DNA of 64,000 nucleotides from positions 7,834-71,833 of the forward strand of contig CAYWHA010000015.1 of assembly GCA_964457555.1 (NCBI GenBank), read 5' to 3'. Shown one piece after another: positions 20,801-29,864 of the stretch; position 1 is the first letter of the stretch; every line of letters starts with the position of its first letter. The stretch is from an uncultured Solibacteraceae bacterium (GTDB lineage: Bacteria > Acidobacteriota > Terriglobia > Bryobacterales > Bryobacteraceae). The position numbers and the translations under genes were made by a program. The notes under the pieces were generated by a model. That model made no database searches. It had not been told where the DNA came from and saw only the letters and a list, made by a program, of their open reading frames with translations.

Positions 20801-21568
20801 ACCTTTGGCGTTGCGTATACTCTCTCGAAGACCCAGACAACCATTTCGGACGATGGCACGTTTACCAGGCTTGTGAATCCATCGCTCGACTATGGGCTTG
20901 CCGCTTTCGACCGCACGCACTACCTGGTCGGGAACTTTGTCTGGGATGTGCCTAGGGGCAGCCGGCTTTTCAAGGATAATAAGGTGGCGGGCGCGATCTT
21001 GGACCACTGGATCTTTTCCGGAGTCACCACGCTTGCATCCGGGCAGCCAACCGATGTCAGTCTCAGCATCTCCGGCCAGGATCCGGGGACCCGTCTGCTG
21101 GGCACCGTTACCAGCGGCAATCTCTCGGGGCAGCAAATGCGCTTCCTGTTAAATGGCAGTCCCCAAACCGGCTCGACGATCAACATGTCGGCCCTGGTGG
21201 TTCCGGGTATCAACGATATCGGCCCATACCCGCGCATGTACCTGCGCTACCCCTGGATCGTGAACCAGGACCTCTCGGTGTTTAAGAACATCCCGTTTAG
21301 CGGAGACGGGAAACGCTACTTGCAGCTGAGAGTGGAGGCGTTCAACGCCCCCAACCATCCCCAGATCTCCGGCTACAACCTGACCAGCAACGTGACCAAC
21401 GGCGCCGGCCAGACCGGGAATGCCATATTCAGCAATTTCACCGGCCTTGTGGCTTCGAACAACGTGCGGCCGGCCGGAAGCACATCGGTCCTTGGGACCT
21501 ACTTTGGGGAGCCTAACGCGGCGCAGAACATGCGCGTCATTCAGTTGGGCGCTAAGTTCTACTTCTGA
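17894..21568 (+). CDS. TonB-dependent outer-membrane receptor with N-terminal carboxypeptidase-regulatory-like domain
   Basis: ORF 17861..21568 trimmed to ATG 17894, preceded by AAGGAG (17881-17886). Signal peptide MLRFGIKRTAWALAVACAFATVALAQ. CarboxypepD_reg-like region GSIVGTVKDPSGKVVAGATL...GTYALNVEMSGFKK. C-terminal beta-barrel ending ...LGAKFYF. Confidence 0.85.
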   Translation: MLRFGIKRTAWALAVACAFATVALAQEEGSIVGTVKDPSGKVVAGATLKASDPVHGLTLTATSNPEGDFIFPLVPPGTYALNVEMSGFKKAEKIDVVVPVSTKVTVGDVLLEVGGLTETVTVAADAGQLEIQDSSGERSDLVTNRQLRDIGLNGQNIVDMMKFIPGVNVSALVANAASTVTNITGSFQVNGTRSLEHEYTLDGITNLNLGNNTGALVSINPDAVEEVKILTSNYQAEFGRSGGGLIALTTRGGTNEYHGGGSYFRRHDSLNADTYFNDLRGGSANGFPRPLYRYNFYGWNFGGPVYVPHVVKGKNKLFFFVSQEYYSQLVPQTSSNNIRVPTAAERTGDFSHSVDGSGKAITITDPTTGLPFGENMIPSTSLYAPGQAVLNFLPLPNTTVGGNVYNYTSQVPSAYPRNETILRGDWNIKGDTRLSVRWVYNHDDQQFAYGTTTATWNWPLTITDRRNGPGSVPSISLSNNFGPTWANDFVFGIGRGGVTIAPEGDAATRATYGIDTPLLYPGANTSNLIPSLTFGGIASVGSAISTSVFGPFNQRFLIWQVMDSVTKVHGGHVIKLGFYFQSASNASNNQTHVESDIDFTTNASNPLNSGNPFSNALLGVYNSYTQANGKPLQNYLYRDVSWYAQDTWKATRRLTLDLGIRFSWYQPVYNTNGDGAYFNPNAFNAAAAERLYRPVCVGAATCSLGSATYRAIDPATTGPATLADTQPGYYVGKLVPNVGSISNGMELVSQGYPTGGVKTRAILPQPRLGFAYDVTGNHKTVVRGGFGISIDRYESGVTGFGASNAPLVLQPTLQYGYLQNIQPGGSGLLSPLSVTGVTENMSFPHIYSYSIGVQRELGAGTVIDISYVGSKSRDLPRKTNLNTPPYGTTFTAAAQDPTKFANGVIPATEPNLPSIYSSAGLSFSGADILGTDFLRPYQGYSDITWYVFDAQANYNSFQVALNRRISKNVTFGVAYTLSKTQTTISDDGTFTRLVNPSLDYGLAAFDRTHYLVGNFVWDVPRGSRLFKDNKVAGAILDHWIFSGVTTLASGQPTDVSLSISGQDPGTRLLGTVTSGNLSGQQMRFLLNGSPQTGSTINMSALVVPGINDIGPYPRMYLRYPWIVNQDLSVFKNIPFSGDGKRYLQLRVEAFNAPNHPQISGYNLTSNVTNGAGQTGNAIFSNFTGLVASNNVRPAGSTSVLGTYFGEPNAAQNMRVIQLGAKFYF

Positions 21569-21749
21569 TGTCCCGGCGCCACCGCGCTTGACGCCTATCT
21601 TCGGGAACCCGGCGCCGCAGGCGCCACGCCCGTCCGCCAGCTGGTCGCCGGGTTCCTCTTCTGAGTTGTTTCAGGCGCCCTTCACGCGCGCTTGCGTTAC
21701 CGCTTTGGCGCTGGCATATAATGGCTTCAGAATCGGGGGGACTTCGTCC

Positions 21750-22961
21750 ATGCACAACGCGATTTCGCGTCGGGAAATGCTTGCCGGCCTCGGCGCATCC
21801 GGTTTGCTTCTGTCGAAAGCGGCATCGGCTATCACCGCGCCCGCGCCTGTCGCGCCGGTTGCGATCGCGCGCTGCAGAACGTATGAACCCTCGGAACTGA
21901 CGCCGGTTCTCAACGGCATGTTCGATAAGTTGGGCGGGCTGGGACGCCTGGTCCAGGGCAAGACCGTCGCCATTAAACTGAACTTCAACGGCGGGCCGAC
22001 CGTCCGGCTCGGGCATCTGCCGTTGGGAGACACTCACTGGCCCCACCCCAACCTCCTCGCCGCCGCCATGCACTTGATGGCGCGGGCCGGCGCGCATCGA
22101 ATCCGTCTGGTGGAGGGGGCGGCGGCGCCACGGACGGATCCTTTCGAAGAGCACATGCTGGACGCCAACTGGGATCCCCGGCAGTTCCTCCGCGCCGCGC
22201 CCCGCGTGGAGTTCGAAAACACCAACTATGCCAACGCCGCCAAGAAATTCACGCGCCTTCCCGTGCCGCACGGCGGCCTGCTGTTTCCCGCCTATGACGT
22301 CAATCGCTCCTACGCGGATTGCGACGTCTTTGTCACCATCGCGAAGTACAAAGACCACCCCACCACCGGCGTCAGCACGGTGATGAAGAACCTGTTCGGC
22401 CTTACGCCCTTGACGGTCTATGGCAACGGGGCCGGTAAGTGGGAAGACAATGACTTGGTCTACGGCAACGACCGCATCCAGATCCTGCATCGCGGATCGC
22501 GCCAGCCTGCCATGGATGCGCTTCCTGAAATCGAACCTTCGTCGCCGCGCGACGACGGCTACCGCGTCCCCCGCATCATCGCCGACCTGACCGCCGCCCG
22601 CCCGGTGCACATGGCAATCGTAGACGGCGTCAAGACCATGGCAGGCGCCCAAACGCCCGACCCTTGGTGCACCCCAGTCGAGCCGGGCGTCCTGATGGCT
22701 GGAACCAACGTGGTCAACACCGCCGCTGTGGCCATAGCTGCCATGAATTACGATCCGCGGGCCCCGAAGGGCACGGTCCCCTTTGAACGGTGCGATAACA
22801 AGCTGCTGCTGGCCGAGCAACTTGGCGTGGGATCGGCCGACCCCGGCCGCATCGAAATTGCCGGACCCGCCATTCGGGAAGTGACATTCGATTTTCGCGC
22901 CCTGCGCGAAAAGCGACGTCTCCTGCGCGGCAGCGCCCCTCCGGCTAGAACCCAAAGTTGA
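21750..22961 (+). CDS. Tat-signal DUF362 domain protein
   Basis: ORF 21420..22961 trimmed to ATG 21750 (MHNAISRREMLAGLGASGLLL, twin-arginine motif). DUF362-like VAIKLNFNGGP and THWPHPNLLAAAMHLMARAGAHRIRLVEG. Confidence 0.7.
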   Translation: MHNAISRREMLAGLGASGLLLSKAASAITAPAPVAPVAIARCRTYEPSELTPVLNGMFDKLGGLGRLVQGKTVAIKLNFNGGPTVRLGHLPLGDTHWPHPNLLAAAMHLMARAGAHRIRLVEGAAAPRTDPFEEHMLDANWDPRQFLRAAPRVEFENTNYANAAKKFTRLPVPHGGLLFPAYDVNRSYADCDVFVTIAKYKDHPTTGVSTVMKNLFGLTPLTVYGNGAGKWEDNDLVYGNDRIQILHRGSRQPAMDALPEIEPSSPRDDGYRVPRIIADLTAARPVHMAIVDGVKTMAGAQTPDPWCTPVEPGVLMAGTNVVNTAAVAIAAMNYDPRAPKGTVPFERCDNKLLLAEQLGVGSADPGRIEIAGPAIREVTFDFRALREKRRLLRGSAPPARTQS

Positions 22962-22970
22962 AGATCGTTC

Positions 22971-24251
22971 ATGCTCACGCCCGAAAGCTGGATTCCATTG
23001 CGCTGGCCGTCCGCTTGGGCCGATCCTGCGCTGCTCGGGTTGCTCGAAGGAACTCCATTCAACTGCCTGGCAATCGAGTGGAACGCGGCTCTCGGTCCCG
23101 TCGCCGCCAAAGCCCGCGCGGCCGGTCTCTCCCTGATAGCCGTCGGAGACGACGCAGTTCGTTCGGCGGGCGCCGCCGCCGGACTGGCGCCCGTGCCCGA
23201 TGACTTGCTCATCGCCTCGGATTCCGTCTGGCCGGCCATCGCCAGCCCGGCGAACGGCGCCGAGCCATCCGGTCCCACAGCCAATCCGTGGATCGATTCC
23301 AACGGCTGGCTTCTGCGGCTTGCCAGAGCGCGCTCGCCTCGCAAGACCGTCTGGCTGACGTTCGAACCGCCCGGCCCGCCCAACGTCGTGCTGCTCGAAT
23401 CCTACCTGCGCGCCCTCGCCGACGCCGCTACGTGGGGCGGCCGGTGGGTGGTCGCTCCCGACTCCGATTTGCGAGGCCGTCTGGCGCGCGGCGATGCGAA
23501 GGCGTTGGCATCCTGGAAGGCCATCGGCTCCGCCGTTGCGCTTTTCGAGCGTCGCCGCGACTGGAACGCTCTGGAACCGCTGGGCGTGGTCGGGGTGGTT
23601 TCGGATTTTGTGGGACCCAACCAGACCATGAGCCAGGAGATCTTGAATCTGCTGGGCCGCCGCAACCTGGCTTACCGCATCCTCGAAGCGCCCTCCGCCG
23701 CTACTGCCCCCCTGGCGGGCTTCCAGGCATTGATCTATGTGGATGAAAGCGCGCCTCCGCCGCCGTTGCGCAGCCGGCTGTTGGCCTTTGCGCGACAGGG
23801 TGGGCTGCTCATGGTCCGCGCCGGATGGGAGCAGCCGGATGCCAAACCCACCGACATGGATCACCCGCGGGTGGATGTCCGCCGTACGGGCAAGGGCCGG
23901 CTCGCCATCTCCAAGACCAGCGATCTGGACCCCTTCATGATCGCGCGCGACGTTCATATGCTGCTCGGCCGGACCTACGACGTGGCGCGGTTCTTCAACC
24001 TCTCGGCGTTTCTTTCCTACTGCGCGGCTTGGCCAGGCTACCCGCTGGAGGTCGTGCAAATCGTCAGTTTCGCCATTCGCTTCCCCAATGACGTTGCCAC
24101 CGTCTGGGTTCCCGGCAAGTGTACTTCCGCGCGCCTCTGGAGTCTCGCCAGCGACGGTCCGGCGCTAATCGAAATGGTCGCGGAAAACGGCGGCACGAGT
24201 CTTCTTCTGCCGCCTGTACCGGTCTATGCCGGCATCGAACTCCGCCGCTAG
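22971..24251 (+). CDS. Hypothetical protein (426 aa), translationally close to the DUF362 gene
   Basis: Protein-like composition, starting 9 nt after the DUF362 stop. The middle region (VVGVVSDFVGPN...ALIYVDESAPP...GGLLMVRAGW) loosely recalls a GATase1-like/GH42 trimerisation fold. No firm family assignment. Confidence 0.6.
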   Translation: MLTPESWIPLRWPSAWADPALLGLLEGTPFNCLAIEWNAALGPVAAKARAAGLSLIAVGDDAVRSAGAAAGLAPVPDDLLIASDSVWPAIASPANGAEPSGPTANPWIDSNGWLLRLARARSPRKTVWLTFEPPGPPNVVLLESYLRALADAATWGGRWVVAPDSDLRGRLARGDAKALASWKAIGSAVALFERRRDWNALEPLGVVGVVSDFVGPNQTMSQEILNLLGRRNLAYRILEAPSAATAPLAGFQALIYVDESAPPPPLRSRLLAFARQGGLLMVRAGWEQPDAKPTDMDHPRVDVRRTGKGRLAISKTSDLDPFMIARDVHMLLGRTYDVARFFNLSAFLSYCAAWPGYPLEVVQIVSFAIRFPNDVATVWVPGKCTSARLWSLASDGPALIEMVAENGGTSLLLPPVPVYAGIELRR

Positions 24252-24265
24252 AGTCCTGCCTTGTC

Positions 24266-24581
24266 TTAGAAAATGTAATTCGATTGGGTCAAGTAATATG
24301 CAGCCAGCCGCTGCTCCTCGCAGCAGGCGTCGATCTGAGAGTTGATCCGGTCGAATGCGGTGCGCACGCCTGACGGGTTGGCGACGCCTACGGCATGATT
24401 TCGGCGAGTTTGGGGCGCAGCAGCCGTGCGTAAGTTCTGGAGAAGAACAGCGCGATGCGCAAGCCCTCGGAATGCGTGCAATGATGTTGTGAAGCCGGAG
24501 GCGGCGAAGGTCGTAGGTCATCTTTCCGAGCGGGTAGTCGGCCTGGTCAAGGCCCAGCATTTCGGCCAGCAGGGCGCGCAT
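24266..24581 (-). pseudogene. Frameshifted C-terminal remnant of a conserved hypothetical gene (YDLRRLRLH motif family)
   Basis: One frame reads MRALLAEMLGLDQADYPLGKMTYDLRRLRLHNIIARIP. The continuation needs frame changes (GLRIALFFSRTYARLLRPKLAEIMP, then ...VRTAFDRINSQIDACCEEQRLAA in ORF 24266..24481). No intact N-terminus is present. Confidence 0.35.
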
Positions 24582-24606
24582 CCTTCTACCTCGGTGTGAA
24601 GCCTCG

Positions 24607-26325
24607 TTAGTATTGGTAAATCTGCAAATGGACTGCTTTGGGAGCGCCGGCAGCCAGTCGAAACCCCTGGCCGGACTCGCCCTTGATGGCCTTGTTCGGC
24701 GCATCGTAATTCAGCATGATGTCATCGCCGTTCAGGCGCCGCCCCGGAATCCAGCGTCCGTCCACGTACGTGCCTTCTTCCAGTTTCGCCACCGCGGCCG
24801 CCGACCCGCCCGGGCCATTGAACGTAGCTTGTAACCCGCCGCCCAGGATGGTGTAGTCGTCGGGTCCGGTGGAAATCACGATAGCGTACGAGGACGTTTG
24901 CGCAGCGCCGGCGCCAGGCGCGCCTCTGCCGCCGCCAACCGCCGGTGTGGCTGCGGGTTGCCCGCCCGCCGCGGTCCCAGCCGTTACCGGCGGCGCCGGC
25001 TGCCGGGATCTCCCCATGGAGAATGCGAATGAGTAGTTGCCTAGTTGGACCGTTTCCGCGGGGTGCTGAGCGCTCAGCGTGACCGCTTTGATCGTGCCTT
25101 TAGACTGCGCCTCCAGAATCTCCGGGGCCGCCTGCGCCAGCAGCGCGTATGCTTGCGCCAACGGCGTGGCCGCATCGGCCTGGCGCTCGATTCCAAAAGG
25201 CGAGAACCCGATTGCGGCGTGATTGCCAATGGCCGTGAACAGATTCGCGGCGTCGCCGCGGGTCTCCGGAATCCACAGCGGATTCCCGGACCGGTCGTAG
25301 CGCGCGCACCATTCCTCGAAGTTCGGGAGGTAGATATCGGGCCCGATGGTGTCGATGCCCGGCGCGCCCTGCTGCCACACATTCAACTGTATTGGCAGGG
25401 CCCCACCCGCGGAATATCCGCCGATTGACTCTCCCAAGTCCACGTTGATGTACGCGGGCAGGGCATACTCGGCCTTGCCGGCTTTGGCTACCTTGTCGAC
25501 GTAGAGAGCGTAATGCCAGGCCATGAAGATCTCGTTGGTCATGGGGTGGTCGCCGAAAACCTCCGTCCAGGTTCCGGACGTCTTCCCGCCGGCCGCTTGC
25601 CAATACTCACGAAATTCCGGGACCAGGTTCTCCTTGTTCTTCACCATGTAATCCACGAGTTGCCTGGGGACTTGGGCGTTGAAGGCGGCCTTGGCCTCCG
25701 GAAGCTGGTCGCGCGTGCCTCCAGGACAGCCCACTTCGTTTTCCACCTGCATCATGATCACGGTGTGGGCTTCGCCATCCACTTCACGGATGTGGCGCAT
25801 GAGCGCGGCATAGGCGTTGGCGTCGGCTTTCCAGTTAGCTTCCTTGAAAACCGAAAGGTAGGTAATCGATTGGCCGTTCTCCGCCAGGAATAACGGATAC
25901 TGCCTGGGATTCTTCTTCACCCATAACGGCGTGTAGGTGGAATCGGCGTTCTTCCAGCTTCCAAACCACAGGAAGATGAGGTGCAGATGGTTCCGGCGGG
26001 CCTCCCGGATGGCGCCATCCACCAGCGAAAAGTCGAATTGGCCCGGCTCCGGCTCGACCAGTTCCCAAGTGACCGCCGCCAGGACCGTATTCATGTTGGC
26101 CGCAGCCAGCTTGGGCCAGAACGGCTCCATGTACTCCATGCTGGACGAAGCCGAGTTAGTCAGCTCACCGGCCAGGATAAGAAACGGGCGGCCATCCACG
26201 ATCATCTGGGTGGCCTTGCCGCGCTTCTCGAGATGCGGAATGGAAGAGGTGGCGGCGGACTGGGCATCCGCCATGACGATCCCAAGCAGCGCGAGGGCGC
26301 TGGGCAGCGCGTACCGGAGTATCAT
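24607..26325 (-). CDS. Secreted clan GH-A beta-galactosidase-like glycoside hydrolase (GH35/GH42-like, DUF5597-type)
   Basis: ORF 24607..26388 trimmed to ATG 26325 (MILRYALPSALALLGIVMADAQS). Motifs FLWFGSWKN and MMQVENEVG. Same subtype as the edge gene 1..1743. Confidence 0.8.
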   Translation of the reverse strand: MILRYALPSALALLGIVMADAQSAATSSIPHLEKRGKATQMIVDGRPFLILAGELTNSASSSMEYMEPFWPKLAAANMNTVLAAVTWELVEPEPGQFDFSLVDGAIREARRNHLHLIFLWFGSWKNADSTYTPLWVKKNPRQYPLFLAENGQSITYLSVFKEANWKADANAYAALMRHIREVDGEAHTVIMMQVENEVGCPGGTRDQLPEAKAAFNAQVPRQLVDYMVKNKENLVPEFREYWQAAGGKTSGTWTEVFGDHPMTNEIFMAWHYALYVDKVAKAGKAEYALPAYINVDLGESIGGYSAGGALPIQLNVWQQGAPGIDTIGPDIYLPNFEEWCARYDRSGNPLWIPETRGDAANLFTAIGNHAAIGFSPFGIERQADAATPLAQAYALLAQAAPEILEAQSKGTIKAVTLSAQHPAETVQLGNYSFAFSMGRSRQPAPPVTAGTAAGGQPAATPAVGGGRGAPGAGAAQTSSYAIVISTGPDDYTILGGGLQATFNGPGGSAAAVAKLEEGTYVDGRWIPGRRLNGDDIMLNYDAPNKAIKGESGQGFRLAAGAPKAVHLQIYQY

Positions 26326-26504
26326 TTGCAAACACCATAGCGCCGTGCACGACGCAGCGCAAGAAATGCGCCGTTCTTCCAGCTTCAATTCAGGCCTGTT
26401 TCTCCGCCACTGGTGTTATACTCGCCGTTCGGCCAGCCGGCGCGCCATCTTCATGGGAGCCGATTGCGAGTGCGCCTGACTGGGCTGCGTTCGGCATCGA
26501 GGAG

Positions 26505-28178
26505 ATGAACATCATGTCGCCTAGGTTTATCGCAATCATGACAGTGACGATAGCGGTGCTTTGGCCGGCGGCAAGCTTCGCCACGGCCGTTCCCACGCCA
26601 CCCTATCCGGGCGCATCGCCCAGCCTAGCCTACCAGGTCACAGTGGACGGCCAGCCCGTGTTCGCCTATCGTTATCCAACATTCAACCAGTTCAACTGGA
26701 TGGACTATGCCAGCTTCAGTATGACCGGCAAGGTGCGCGTCACCATTACGTCGCTCATCAGCGAGCGCGATGTGCGCACCTGCTACATCAGGCCGCTAGC
26801 CTACAACATCCAGCCGCGGATCGAGGGCAATACGATAAGTTTCGATCTCGACAGGCCGCGTTATCTGGTGGTCTTCGTCAACGAGGAGCCGCTGTTCTCA
26901 AGCACCGGCCTGATGCTTTTCGCCGACCCGCCCGAAGCCAACGCTCCTAAACTGGGCGATCCGAATGTGGTCAACATCATGGACTACAAGATCGACAATA
27001 CCGGCAAGGCCGTCGAGACCGCGAAGATCAACCAGGCTATTAGCGACGTGTCCGCCAGGCCCGGCGGCGGCGTGCTCTTTTTCCCGAAAGGCGGCGTCTA
27101 TCTGACGGGGTTGGTGATCATGAAGAGCAACGTGAAGTTTTACGTCGAGGCCGGAGCCGCCATCAAGGGGTCCACCAAGAATGCGGACTACGTCTTGCCG
27201 CCCGCGACAGGGGCGGGCGGAGGAAGGGTGCAGCGGGCGCTGTTCGTCTTTAACAACGTCGAGAATGCCGGCATCATGGGCCGGGGAACCGTCGACGCGC
27301 AGGGCTATCCGTGGTTGTGGAACGATGTTCAACCCGACACGGGGGATGGGCGCGCCAGAACGGCGGAGGGATTGGTCAACGATCCTCATGGGAATGGCGT
27401 CAAGGGCTACGTCGTCAACAACTGCAAGAACGTCACGTTCCAGGATCTTTTCCTCCTCCGTTCCTCGTATTGGACCGTAACCGTCAGCAACACCGATGGT
27501 TTCACCAGCCGGAACATCAAGCTTATCAGCCGCAAGCAGCAGTACCACGACGACGCCTACGACCTGACCGGCGGCAGCAAGCATATCCTAATTGAAAACG
27601 GGTTCGCCATGACCATGGACGACGCTTTTGCCTTTTACGGCGGAGCGGGCGTAGGCCTGGAAGACGTCGTGGTGAAGAACTTCGTGGATTACGGCTACAC
27701 TTCGGCTTTGGTCCTCGGGTATGGAGGGATTCCCGCCGCGAAGCACGTGCGTTTTGAAGACGTGAATTTCATTTCGACCCAGAACAAGTTCGCCATCTGG
27801 ATTCAATTTACGCCCGCGTACTTTACAGGACGGGGCTATCCCAGCCGAGCCAGCAGCAAGCAGGCCTTGGACGATTTCCACTTCATCAACTGCACGTTCG
27901 AGCACGATGGCGGGCAGATCTACGTCGACGGCGGGGATTCGCCCCTTACGAACTTCGTCTTCGAGAACTGCACGTTCTACACTCCGAGCCGACCCGCCAA
28001 GATTACCGGGACGAACATCGCTCCCATCTTGTTCAAGAACGTCAAGCTGAACGGGACGCTGGTAAGGAGCATCGCCCAGTTGACGCGCGCCGGTTGGGAA
28101 ATCTCCGCCCCGATGAAATTCGAAGTTACCGGCCAACCGGCCGCCGGTGGCCGCGCTCCGCACGCGGCCAAGATGTGA
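26505..28178 (+). CDS. Right-handed beta-helix glycoside hydrolase, GH28-like (polygalacturonase/rhamnogalacturonase type)
   Basis: Signal peptide MNIMSPRFIAIMTVTIAVLWPAASFA. Motifs VSNTDGF, MTMDDAFAFYGG and NIKLIS resemble the GH28 NTD/DD/RIK motifs. Confidence 0.7.
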   Translation: MNIMSPRFIAIMTVTIAVLWPAASFATAVPTPPYPGASPSLAYQVTVDGQPVFAYRYPTFNQFNWMDYASFSMTGKVRVTITSLISERDVRTCYIRPLAYNIQPRIEGNTISFDLDRPRYLVVFVNEEPLFSSTGLMLFADPPEANAPKLGDPNVVNIMDYKIDNTGKAVETAKINQAISDVSARPGGGVLFFPKGGVYLTGLVIMKSNVKFYVEAGAAIKGSTKNADYVLPPATGAGGGRVQRALFVFNNVENAGIMGRGTVDAQGYPWLWNDVQPDTGDGRARTAEGLVNDPHGNGVKGYVVNNCKNVTFQDLFLLRSSYWTVTVSNTDGFTSRNIKLISRKQQYHDDAYDLTGGSKHILIENGFAMTMDDAFAFYGGAGVGLEDVVVKNFVDYGYTSALVLGYGGIPAAKHVRFEDVNFISTQNKFAIWIQFTPAYFTGRGYPSRASSKQALDDFHFINCTFEHDGGQIYVDGGDSPLTNFVFENCTFYTPSRPAKITGTNIAPILFKNVKLNGTLVRSIAQLTRAGWEISAPMKFEVTGQPAAGGRAPHAAKM

Positions 28179-28196
28179 CGCCGGCCCCTGGCGCAG

Positions 28197-29798
28197 CTAC
28201 GCCTGGTAGTCCCACTCCTTGCGGTAGGGCGTGCTGACAAGGCCGTTGGCCACATCGTCATTGGTAAATCTCATGGCCTTTGAGTCCCACATGAGGACTT
28301 TGGAGCTTCGGTAGTAGGTCCCTCCCGAGATAACACCCGCCGGGGGCCGCGCCGCGGGATCGTGCACGTGGCCGTCGCTCGATGCGGGAATCCACACGAC
28401 CGCCGAGTCCGACCGGCCGGAACTGCCAAACCCCGTTACACCGGGTCGCGGCGGCGGAGTGCTGGGGCGCGCCGGGGGCGCACTGTACCGCCGCAGCGTC
28501 GCGGTCCCAAGCAGGGCAAACTCCGTGAGGTCGCAGCCGAACTCGATCGGCATGATCGATTTCTTGCCCGCTTTGCAGGCCCGTATCCACTCGGCGTAAT
28601 GGTCCGGCCTCTCGCACCGCGGCAGGTATGGCTCGGGTTGCTTGAAGTCCTTGAAGCGGCTCTCCGGAAAGAGCCATCCGCCCGGCAGCCCTTGCAGCCG
28701 CTGTCCCGGCCGGGGCCCGGTATGGTCCGGCAGCGATGGGCTCCCGCCGTAGAACGCGGAAACCTGCACGCCGTTATCGCCCACGAACATCATGCCCCGG
28801 CCCGGCATCCCAGTCGCGGCGGGCATGCTCAGCGGCCGCGGCGGCTGCAAACCCCCATCGTAGAAGTACGCCATCATCTCCGGGTGTTTGCCGCGCGCCG
28901 GGAAATGCCACTGCACGTAGTTGGCGATGCTCGCGCATTCGCTGTTCTCCACTACCCCGTCCAGGGAAAAGGACTGGCAAGCGTCGGCTGCCACCCAGTC
29001 CGGCGCTCCCATCTCCAGTTCCTCGTGGAACACGTGCAGCGCGTGACAAGCCACGTCGCCCAGGTTGCCCGTGCCGAAATCCCACCAGGGGCGCCAGTTC
29101 CCGTAATGGTAGATCTTGTGGTACGGCCGCGCCGGAGACGGCCCGCACCACTCGTCCCAATCCATCCCCTCGGGTGGCTTCTGGGCCGCCGCCGGTCTGG
29201 CCAGCCCGCTGGGGCAGTGAGTGCCGGTCCAAAAGTGCGCTTGCCGTATTGGCCCGATGGCCCCGCTCAAGAGCAGCTCCGTGGTAGCCCGCGCGGGAGA
29301 AGTGCGCGAATCCTGAAGGCTCGCCTTGGTAGTAACCTTGGAGGCCAGCGCGGCCGCCTTGACCCTCCGGGCTTCGGCGATGGTGCGCGTCATCGGCTTG
29401 GCGCAGTAAATGTGTTTGTTCATCGCCAGGCCCGCCAGCACAAGGTGAGCGTGCCAGTGATCCGGCGTGGCGACAATCAGCGCATCGAAGTTCTTCTCTT
29501 CCTTGTCGAACATCCGCCGGAAGTCTTTGTAGATTCTAGCTCTGGGATAGAGCTGGAACACCGCCGCGGAGAACTCGTGATCGAGATCGCAAAGCGCGAC
29601 GATTTCTTCGCTGCCGCAGCCGGCCACATAGTCCCCGCCCACACCGCCCACGCCTACGGCTGCAATCGTGAGCTTGTCGCTGGGAGCTTGGTAGCCCGCG
29701 CCGCCCAACACATGGCGCGCCACCACCAGCGGCGCGAGGCCGGCGGCCACCGCGCTACGCCGGGACACCGCGCCCCGGGGCGATTCGTTCTGATTCAT
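28197..29798 (-). CDS. Tat-signal Gfo/Idh/MocA family oxidoreductase (paralog 3, with C-terminal insertion)
   Basis: ORF 28197..29834 trimmed to ATG 29798 (MNQNESPRGAVSRRSAVAAGLAPLVVARHVLGG). IAAVGVGGVGGDY Rossmann motif. About 45-60 extra residues near the C-terminus relative to paralogs 1 and 2. Confidence 0.85.
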   Translation of the reverse strand: MNQNESPRGAVSRRSAVAAGLAPLVVARHVLGGAGYQAPSDKLTIAAVGVGGVGGDYVAGCGSEEIVALCDLDHEFSAAVFQLYPRARIYKDFRRMFDKEEKNFDALIVATPDHWHAHLVLAGLAMNKHIYCAKPMTRTIAEARRVKAAALASKVTTKASLQDSRTSPARATTELLLSGAIGPIRQAHFWTGTHCPSGLARPAAAQKPPEGMDWDEWCGPSPARPYHKIYHYGNWRPWWDFGTGNLGDVACHALHVFHEELEMGAPDWVAADACQSFSLDGVVENSECASIANYVQWHFPARGKHPEMMAYFYDGGLQPPRPLSMPAATGMPGRGMMFVGDNGVQVSAFYGGSPSLPDHTGPRPGQRLQGLPGGWLFPESRFKDFKQPEPYLPRCERPDHYAEWIRACKAGKKSIMPIEFGCDLTEFALLGTATLRRYSAPPARPSTPPPRPGVTGFGSSGRSDSAVVWIPASSDGHVHDPAARPPAGVISGGTYYRSSKVLMWDSKAMRFTNDDVANGLVSTPYRKEWDYQA

Positions 29799-29864
29799 GA
29801 TCTGTTCTCGCTTTCCGTCCACCAACGATTGCAAGTCATGCCGGATCCGAATGCCGGGCGACGG

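Noticed and set aside
21552-24059. Very long antisense ORFs: 21552..24059 (835 aa), 28362..31181 (939 aa), 34684..36261 (525 aa), 43609..44994 (461 aa), 48593..50296 (567 aa), 31800..32741, 10717..11862 and others
   Set aside because: All are extremely Arg/Gly/Pro/His-rich. They lie opposite genes with clear family motifs and lack signal or RBS context. This is typical stop-codon-poor antisense frames of high-GC DNA.
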